Assembly (NCBI GenBank): GCA_019310425.1
Contig: JAFDEI010000007.1
Span: 1-55,724 of the forward strand
Reading direction: 5' to 3'
DNA: 55,724 nt
From: Deltaproteobacteria bacterium
GTDB taxonomy: Bacteria > Myxococcota_A > UBA9160 > SMWR01
Below, piece by piece: positions 19,192-25,838 of this stretch; position 1 is the first letter of the stretch; each line of letters begins with the position of its first letter. The translations under genes and the position numbers were made by a program. The notes beneath the pieces were generated by a model. The model was given only the letters and a program-made list of their open reading frames with translations, made no database searches and was not told the origin of the DNA.

Positions 19192-20144
19192 GCCCCCTGC
19201 GGCGATGCAGCATCGCCGCCGATGATCACCTTCGCGCCGCCGCCCACCTTCACCGTGTCAGCCTGGAGATCGAATTCGATCCACTCACCCGCGACGCAGT
19301 CGTCACCCTCGCGGAGCTCGGCATTGCCGCGGCAGACCAGCATCTCCTTGGAGCGCTCGTAAGTGGCACTGTCGCAACGGGCCTCGTTCTTGCGGTTCGA
19401 CATGCGCACGCGTCCGGTCGCCACCAATCGCTCGGGCTTACTCGAGTCGGGCGGATAGAAGGCCTCGAGCCGGTTCGATTTGATCGTGACGTCGTCCTGG
19501 GTCACGACGACGTTCTGGGTGAACAACAGCTTCCGCGCTCCGCCGTAGCGCTCCGATTCGAGCTGGTCGGCACGAATCGAAATCGGCCGACCGCTATCGA
19601 ACGCAATTCCGAACCCACCCTCGGACGGTGCCGCGGACACGGCCGGCGCGTCTTCGGGCGAGGTTCCGCCAGCCCCATCGAGCACCTGTCGAGTGAGATC
19701 CTCGACAGCCGCCTCGAGCTGATCGGGCTTCAGAATCTCGGCCACGTAGGTCCCGAGGATCTCACCGGTCGACGCCGATCGCAGCCGCACTTCCACGCTG
19801 ATGGGGACGCCGATCCGCGTGATTCGCCCCACGACGAGCGCCTCGACCTCGGCCTGTTTCGACCACGCCTGCACGGTTTCGGCCGTTGGCTCGGCATCCG
19901 CCTCGACCGAGAGTTCGGCCGGTCCGACGATCTTCTGCACTCCCCGCGTGCCGATCCGATCCGCGAGCAACTGGTCGATGTCGGGCAGAACGACGTCAGG
20001 CGCCGCTCGGCGCTCGAACGGCGCCACCGCGATCGACACTGCCGCAGCGGAAGCGGGCGCGGGCAACGCCACGGCCAGCGTCGTGATGCCGGCGAATAAG
20101 CCCCCGAACCACACCGCAGCGGCAAACGAGCCGGACCGGTTCAT
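19182..20144 (-). CDS. lptA: LptA/OstA-like periplasmic protein with an extra ~160-aa N-terminal domain
   Basis: 320 aa. The C-terminal half is an OstA_N-type beta-jellyroll (LLFTQNVVVTQDDVTIKSNRLEAFY...ATGRVRM...CDSATYERSKEMLVCRGNAELREGD). The N-terminal half (AVSIAVAPFERRAAPDV...ALVVGRITRIGVPISVEVRLRSASTGEILG) is not part of classical LptA. Confidence 0.7.
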   Translation of the reverse strand: MNRSGSFAAAVWFGGLFAGITTLAVALPAPASAAAVSIAVAPFERRAAPDVVLPDIDQLLADRIGTRGVQKIVGPAELSVEADAEPTAETVQAWSKQAEVEALVVGRITRIGVPISVEVRLRSASTGEILGTYVAEILKPDQLEAAVEDLTRQVLDGAGGTSPEDAPAVSAAPSEGGFGIAFDSGRPISIRADQLESERYGGARKLLFTQNVVVTQDDVTIKSNRLEAFYPPDSSKPERLVATGRVRMSNRKNEARCDSATYERSKEMLVCRGNAELREGDDCVAGEWIEFDLQADTVKVGGGAKVIIGGDAASPQGACR

Positions 20145-20683
20145 TGATTCTGCTCCACCGACACGTTGCCCAACATCCGGAATTTCCTCTCGTTCACGTG
20201 GTACTCGAAACCATCGGCACGGAAGCTGCCGGTGTCATCGTTCATCTGGATCGGCGCGCTGGTGTGCAACAGCCCCGATTCGTGATGGTATTCGACCCAC
20301 GGAGCAGAGTACTTCTGCCCATCGGCCGTGGTGCCACGCACCTGCCCCTCAGCCCGAAAGTCGTTGGTCTTCACGTTGAGTTCAGCACGCTCGCAAGTCA
20401 TGTGAAAGCTGTCACCGTCATCCTCGTCGGTGACGACCGCGCGGACCACCTCGAGATCGGCGACATCGCGATCCGGGAAGAAAACCGCGATTTCGGAATG
20501 CAAGATGAGCTCACTCCGATCATCGCGGCTACCGACGAAAGTCATTCCCGTCGCGCGGAGTTCGGTCTCGCCTTCGGCCGACGAAGTCGAAACGGCGGCC
20601 ACCGCCAACAGCAGCGCTACGACCGCCCGCGAACTGCGCGGACCACGTCGCACGGGGTGGAGCCAATTGCGCAAGGGACTCAT
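20141..20683 (-). CDS. lptC: LptC-like LPS export protein
   Basis: 180 aa with an N-terminal anchor (AVVALLLAVAAV), a beta-rich body, and the position immediately upstream of lptA with a 4-nt overlap. Confidence 0.65.
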   Translation of the reverse strand: MSPLRNWLHPVRRGPRSSRAVVALLLAVAAVSTSSAEGETELRATGMTFVGSRDDRSELILHSEIAVFFPDRDVADLEVVRAVVTDEDDGDSFHMTCERAELNVKTNDFRAEGQVRGTTADGQKYSAPWVEYHHESGLLHTSAPIQMNDDTGSFRADGFEYHVNERKFRMLGNVSVEQNQ

Positions 20684-20738
20684 GCAATAATCATACCGGC
20701 ATGGAGCCGACCCAACAACAAGAATTGCCCGGATGGAC

Positions 20739-21056
20739 TCAGGGGGTCTGGCTGGTTTCGCGGGTTCCGTCAGGGTTTCGCGGATTGGACAACCGCGTCG
20801 GCTCGGAAATTCGCGGCGTCTCGTCCTTGTGGCCGAAGATCGCCTTCAGCGGCCCCAGGGACCCGATCCAGTGGGTGGGACGGAAGATCAAGTAATCCAA
20901 CGCAACACCCACCGGGTGCAACACATAGGCAGCGATCCGGAGCGGGTGCCCGGCGGAATGCGGCTCGTAGTCGTCGCTCGCCGCCGTTGACGCGACGAGC
21001 AGCAAACTCGAGACCACGGCGATCAGCATGAGCCGCATCGGTTTACTCTTCATCAT
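20739..21056 (-). CDS. Small secreted hypothetical protein
   Basis: 105 aa from ATG 21056: MMKSKPMRLMLIAVVSSLLLVASTAAS... (signal peptide). I recognise no family. The start was chosen at the signal peptide rather than at the track start 21146. Confidence 0.5.
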   Translation of the reverse strand: MMKSKPMRLMLIAVVSSLLLVASTAASDDYEPHSAGHPLRIAAYVLHPVGVALDYLIFRPTHWIGSLGPLKAIFGHKDETPRISEPTRLSNPRNPDGTRETSQTP

Positions 21057-21167
21057 GCCCCGCAAGCGTATCAGGTTTCCGGGCGATGTCGCCGCGATGG
21101 CCCCTCCCCCACGGGAAGGCCGCTTTCCGAGAGGCGACTTCGTCACCCGGCGATCACTGGAACGAGT

Positions 21168-21872
21168 TCAGCGCTCGGAGCCCTCCGGATCGGTCGAAGC
21201 GACGTCGGACTGAAGCTCGCTGCCCTCGGAGGCGGGCTGCGCAGGCGCTGCGCGCCCCGGGCCGAGCAGACGGCGCAGCATCACCTCGACACTCTCGGTG
21301 TCGAGGCCCCGGGTCGGTGCCGCAAACGCCGCCCACAGCAGGAATGTCACCGAGAAATTCGTGATCGGAGAGTTGAACATCGCCTCGGCGATCGGCAGCA
21401 GGTCGCGCCAGAGTGACGATTCTCCAGCGGGAATCGGCTGCCTCGCCCCGTTCACTACCGTCGCGAACGCCACCAGTTCGAATATGAAGAATACGAAGAA
21501 CACAGCCAACGGGACCGGCAGCGCCCATGCGAGCCGACGCCGCGGCATCGGGGTAGCGAGTATCAACGCGGCAAGGGTCGCCAGCGGCCAGAAAAGACGA
21601 CGGTAGCTGCTGAACGTCACGCGCCAGTCGTACTTCAACATGCCTTTCGTGCGCCCGAGCATGTTCGTATCGGCGCGGCCGCGACGGGTCTCCGCGTCGG
21701 GGGGCTCGAAGCGGACCGAGCGGCCATCGGAAAGTGAGCCGAGTATCGCGTTGCCGACGGCGTGGACCGCATGCTGCGTGACTTCGCGAGTGCCCGGGAT
21801 GAATGCAATCAGCGTCACGAAGAACGCAACGTGGAGCAAGAACGTAGGGACCGGCTTACGCGGCATCGGCAA
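21168..21872 (-). CDS. Polytopic membrane protein, translationally coupled to the exosortase-like gene
   Basis: 234 aa with about 4 hydrophobic helices (FLLHVAFFVTLIAFI; LFWPLATLAALILA; LPVPLAVFFVFFIFELVAFATVV; FSVTFLLWAAFAA). Its 5' end overlaps the upstream gene by 17 nt. Confidence 0.6.
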   Translation of the reverse strand: MPMPRKPVPTFLLHVAFFVTLIAFIPGTREVTQHAVHAVGNAILGSLSDGRSVRFEPPDAETRRGRADTNMLGRTKGMLKYDWRVTFSSYRRLFWPLATLAALILATPMPRRRLAWALPVPLAVFFVFFIFELVAFATVVNGARQPIPAGESSLWRDLLPIAEAMFNSPITNFSVTFLLWAAFAAPTRGLDTESVEVMLRRLLGPGRAAPAQPASEGSELQSDVASTDPEGSER

Positions 21873-22437
21873 TGGGAGACGGCGCCGGCGTCTCCCAGCG
21901 AACCCAGAGTATCCACGTCACGATGGTGACGACGATCAGCACTCCAGGCCAGACCACCTCATGCGCGGTCTTGAAGAAATCGGAGAAGAAGATGCCCATC
22001 CAGTACAGCGTCACGATCCGGAGAATGTTCAAGACCTGGAGCAGTACGATCCCGATCGCGAGTCCACGGAATCGCGCACCCCAGGAAACCGGAAACGCGA
22101 GCACGGCGGCGGCCAGCAACGAGCAGACCTGGATTGCGTCGCAGCCCTGCGCAACCGCAACCGCAAAGTCGCTTCCGGAAATCTGCGACCCGACAACTTT
22201 GACCTCGGTGCCGAACAGATTGAGAACCCATCCGCTGATCGCCGCGAGCACATCCAAGTACGACTTGAATGCTCCACTGTCCAACGCGACTGCGTAGTAG
22301 ACGACTTCGGAAACGACCGCGAAGAAGCCGAACAGCAACGCGAAACGCAGCCAGGGCTCCTGCCCGGGCGGAGGATCTTCGCCTTCGCCCACGACGGTCG
22401 GTGACTGCGGGAATGTTTGCGGTTCCGGCTCACTCAA
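21856..22437 (-). CDS. Short exosortase/archaeosortase-family protein (candidate)
   Basis: 193 aa, all-helical membrane protein carrying the three family hallmarks in order inside TM segments. These are Cys (VAQGCDAIQVCSLLAA), Asn/Arg (LLQVLNILRIVTLYW) and His (FKTAHEVVWPG). The start (TTG 22437) is uncertain. Confidence 0.55.
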   Translation of the reverse strand: MSEPEPQTFPQSPTVVGEGEDPPPGQEPWLRFALLFGFFAVVSEVVYYAVALDSGAFKSYLDVLAAISGWVLNLFGTEVKVVGSQISGSDFAVAVAQGCDAIQVCSLLAAAVLAFPVSWGARFRGLAIGIVLLQVLNILRIVTLYWMGIFFSDFFKTAHEVVWPGVLIVVTIVTWILWVRWETPAPSPIADAA

Positions 22438-22496
22438 AGCAGCCGTAGTCTAACCCAACCCAACCAGTCGGCCCGCGCAGCGACCGGGATCACCGT

Positions 22497-25400
22497 TCAG
22501 GGGTTCACAAGTTCGGTGAGTGCGCGCACCCGGCGGGCCAGCGTCTGACAGATACAGATCGCGATCGCGGGCAGCTCTTCCATCACCCGCAGCAGGTCGT
22601 CGCGACCGATCCGCAGCAACTCGACTCGTTGATCCTCCGCGACGACATCCGCGGTGCGGCGGGCACCTTCGAAGATCGCGACCTCGCCGAAGAAGTCCTT
22701 CGGGCCAAGCTGCGTGAGCACGGTATTGCCCGTGCTGATCGCCACCGTACCTTTGACGATGATGTACATGCAGTCGGAGTACTCACCCTCACGCGAAACC
22801 AGCGTCCCGGCCGGGTAATTCTCCTGTTCCACCAGCTCGGCGACGTTCACCAGCTGGCGGGTCGTCAGCCCCTCGAACAGGGGGACGCCGCGGAGGATCA
22901 ACGCGCATTCGACCGGACTCAGCACTTTGTCATCGTCGTCCACATCGGAGGTCACGGCCAGTCGCGCGCGTTCGCCGAAAATCGCAGCCGCGAACGTCCG
23001 AGTAAGATCATCGGGACTCCGGATCAAGGCCTCGGCCATCTGTTCACCCGACGGTACCCGGATCCCCAGCGCGCGAGCCGCAGCTCGGCCACGATCGGCC
23101 ACGCTGCGATCCTCCATCAACGGCAACAGGGTCTCCTTTTCACCCGGAGACAGCAGCGCCTCGAGGGCCTCGACGAGAATCGCGTACTGCCGACTACCGC
23201 GCGCGCGGCGCAGGGGGTCCGCGAGGGCGTAGATCCGATCGTCGTCGTGCACCGCGCCGAGTAGCTGCAACGCGGTGTGGATCCCCTCGTCGAGTCGCTC
23301 GCCGAGCCGCTGGAGGATGATCGGTGAGAATTCGGCGTGCGCACAAGCGTGGAGCTCGACCAGCTTGTGCCGAATCGAATTGAGCTCACTCTCGTACAAG
23401 CGCTGCAGGGTGTCGCCCCCGAGCTCGAGTTCGCGAACCAGTGGCAAGATCGCCTCGCGTGCGCTGCGTTTGCCGAAGGAGAGCTCGACCAGCAGCGCAT
23501 CGGTCGCGAGCAACCCCAATTCTCGCACCGCGTCGACGGCGGCTGCGCGCACACCGTCCATCTCCTCGCCGCCGTCGCATGCCACCTGTTTCACGAGCCA
23601 ACCCGCGTGCTCTTCGAGCCCGACATGACCGACGAAACGCACGACCGCCTCCCGGACCCTCGGGGCATCGTCTTCCTGCCACGTCAGGACGAGGTCGGTT
23701 GCATCGGCAGCCGCCTCCTGGTGGTTCGCCGCGATGTCGGCGAAGGCCACGGCCTTATCCGCACGATCCTCGATCGGTGTCGGGCTCGAGACGAATTCCG
23801 CGAGCAACCGACGCCACTCGTCGGACGGCTGCCCACGGAGTAGCTCGGCGCGATACTCCTCGCGGGCCGTACGTCGTAGATCCGGGTCCGCGTCGCGGAT
23901 CGCGTCGTGTAACGCCCGCGCGAGATCGGGAACGCCCTGCGGTGCGGCACCGCGGCGATGCAACGCTGCGGCGGCGGCCAGCCGAACCGCGGCCGAGCGG
24001 TCGCCGAGTGAACGCGCGAGGATGCGATCACCGCCGTTCCCGCGCGTCGCCATGCCCTGAGTCACGCGTCCGTAGGCCTGCACGACATCCGAACGGTCGC
24101 AATCACTCAATTCGATCCCCTCGTCGAGTATCTCGGCGAGCTGGGCCGCCGCTGAGTGACTGTCGAGATCGGCAATCACCGCGCGCTCGAGAACGCGGTC
24201 CAGCGCTGCGATCAGCAAGGGTCGTGTGGCGGGAGCCGCCTCGGATGCCGCTTTCGCGAAAATCTCGGAAGCCAGGCCGGGATCCGCCTCTGAAACCAGG
24301 TCGATCGCGATCCGGCAGCTGGCGGGGTCCGGGTCGAGCAGATGGACCCTGAGGCCGCGCAGCGTATTGGGGTCGAGCATCTCGGCCAGGTCGAAGTCCT
24401 GCCCGAAACGGGGACGACCCGACGATGCCTGCATGAGCAACGCCGGGTAGGCGCGCCACAGCACCAGCGCGACGACCAACCACAATGCAGAAACCGGAAG
24501 TGCGAGGAAGCCCACCCAGACCGCTGTGCCGACCTCCACCGCGAGCATCGTCGCAAGGTTTCCCACCGCACCGCCCGCGCGTTTCACCGGGCCTTCGAGC
24601 AACGCCATGGCGCGTGAACGGAACCCTTCAGGTAGCAGGTTGAAGAGCACACGAATCGCGGGATCGTAGACGGCGTTGTCCTGAAGTTTCGTACCCGCCA
24701 TCGCGGCAACGCCTACCGGTAGGCTCAGGCGGACACTCAACCCCATGAAACCGACCAGATAGATGAGCGGCGAGATCGCGGCCGAGAGCGGGATACCGAT
24801 GCGGCGATAGATATTCGAAGCGAGGCCGATCTGCGTGGCGAGCACACCCACGCTGATCCAACCGCGAAACTTCGAGTAGAAATCCATCAGCCTCTCCGCA
24901 CCGTCTTCCCCCTGCGTTGCGAGGTCGGCCACGTACGAGAACTGGAAATAGAGCATTGGCCCGAGTAGCCCGCTGCAGACGGTCATCACCAACAACAGAC
25001 GAAACAAGCGATTTTCATTCCACAGCTCGTGCAGCTTTACCGCGACGCCACCCTCCGGCTCGCCGCCATTGCCTGCGAGGTCGCGGACAGCCGTCGCTTC
25101 GACCGGCCCACCGATGCGCGTGGTGCGAAAGCGACGCAACGGCCATGCCGCGACACCGGCCAGCACCAACGCCCCACCCGAGAGTGGAAACAGCCCGGCG
25201 ATGCCGATCGAGTGGCTGAGCGGATCGGAGGCGAAGCTCCCGAGAATCGTGCCGAGTGTCATTCCCGCCATCAACGGCGCAAACAGCCGTTTCGCCTGGC
25301 GACCGTTCAACAGATCACCGAGCGCGAGGAAAAACACCAGCAGGCCGATCGATTGCAGTTGCTTCGAGGCAATCAACGCCAGGACGAGACCACTCGTGAG

Positions 25401-25703
25401 CTCCTGCGCGACCATGAACCACAGCGGCACCAGCGCGACTCCGAGGATGACGAGCACGACGGGAAGCAGCCTGAGTCGATCGCTGCGATCGGCGATCCGC
25501 CCGACCATGTAAGTGCTTCCGACCAGCAGCAGCGAGTTGACGAGGAAAGCCAAGGGCAGGAACTCGACCCCGACCCCCTTGAGGAAGAGAGTCTCGGAGG
25601 CGTTCTTGACCGAAACATCGGCCCAGCCCAGCAGGAAGAGCACTCCTGCCGCCCAGAAGAACAACCTTCCTTCACCGGGCTCGATTCCGAGCTTCCGCAA
25701 CAT
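22497..25703 (-). CDS. Npt1/TLC-like MFS transporter fused to HEAT repeats and a C-terminal cyclic-nucleotide-binding domain
   Basis: 1068 aa from ATG 25703 (GGAG 9 nt upstream). It has a ~430-aa polytopic N-terminus (MLRKLGIEPGEGRLFFWAAGVLFLLGW...) and a long alpha-helical repeat region (several 'AVRLAAAAAL / VREAVVRFVG'-type HEAT-like units). The C-terminal cNMP domain reads LRGVPLFEGLTTRQL...GEYSDCMYIIVKGTV...LGPKDFFGEVAIFEGARRTADVVA. Confidence 0.75.
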   Translation of the reverse strand: MLRKLGIEPGEGRLFFWAAGVLFLLGWADVSVKNASETLFLKGVGVEFLPLAFLVNSLLLVGSTYMVGRIADRSDRLRLLPVVLVILGVALVPLWFMVAQELTSGLVLALIASKQLQSIGLLVFFLALGDLLNGRQAKRLFAPLMAGMTLGTILGSFASDPLSHSIGIAGLFPLSGGALVLAGVAAWPLRRFRTTRIGGPVEATAVRDLAGNGGEPEGGVAVKLHELWNENRLFRLLLVMTVCSGLLGPMLYFQFSYVADLATQGEDGAERLMDFYSKFRGWISVGVLATQIGLASNIYRRIGIPLSAAISPLIYLVGFMGLSVRLSLPVGVAAMAGTKLQDNAVYDPAIRVLFNLLPEGFRSRAMALLEGPVKRAGGAVGNLATMLAVEVGTAVWVGFLALPVSALWLVVALVLWRAYPALLMQASSGRPRFGQDFDLAEMLDPNTLRGLRVHLLDPDPASCRIAIDLVSEADPGLASEIFAKAASEAAPATRPLLIAALDRVLERAVIADLDSHSAAAQLAEILDEGIELSDCDRSDVVQAYGRVTQGMATRGNGGDRILARSLGDRSAAVRLAAAAALHRRGAAPQGVPDLARALHDAIRDADPDLRRTAREEYRAELLRGQPSDEWRRLLAEFVSSPTPIEDRADKAVAFADIAANHQEAAADATDLVLTWQEDDAPRVREAVVRFVGHVGLEEHAGWLVKQVACDGGEEMDGVRAAAVDAVRELGLLATDALLVELSFGKRSAREAILPLVRELELGGDTLQRLYESELNSIRHKLVELHACAHAEFSPIILQRLGERLDEGIHTALQLLGAVHDDDRIYALADPLRRARGSRQYAILVEALEALLSPGEKETLLPLMEDRSVADRGRAAARALGIRVPSGEQMAEALIRSPDDLTRTFAAAIFGERARLAVTSDVDDDDKVLSPVECALILRGVPLFEGLTTRQLVNVAELVEQENYPAGTLVSREGEYSDCMYIIVKGTVAISTGNTVLTQLGPKDFFGEVAIFEGARRTADVVAEDQRVELLRIGRDDLLRVMEELPAIAICICQTLARRVRALTELVNP

Positions 25704-25838
25704 GAGAACTACTCCAACCCCTGCGCACGATATCACCCCCCGATAGGGGAACCAGCCCTCATCTTCAGCGATTCCGCGGACTTTCGTAGCCATCCCGAGT
25801 CGCCCAGAAGATCGGGAGCCTGCGCTAAAGTGTGCGGC

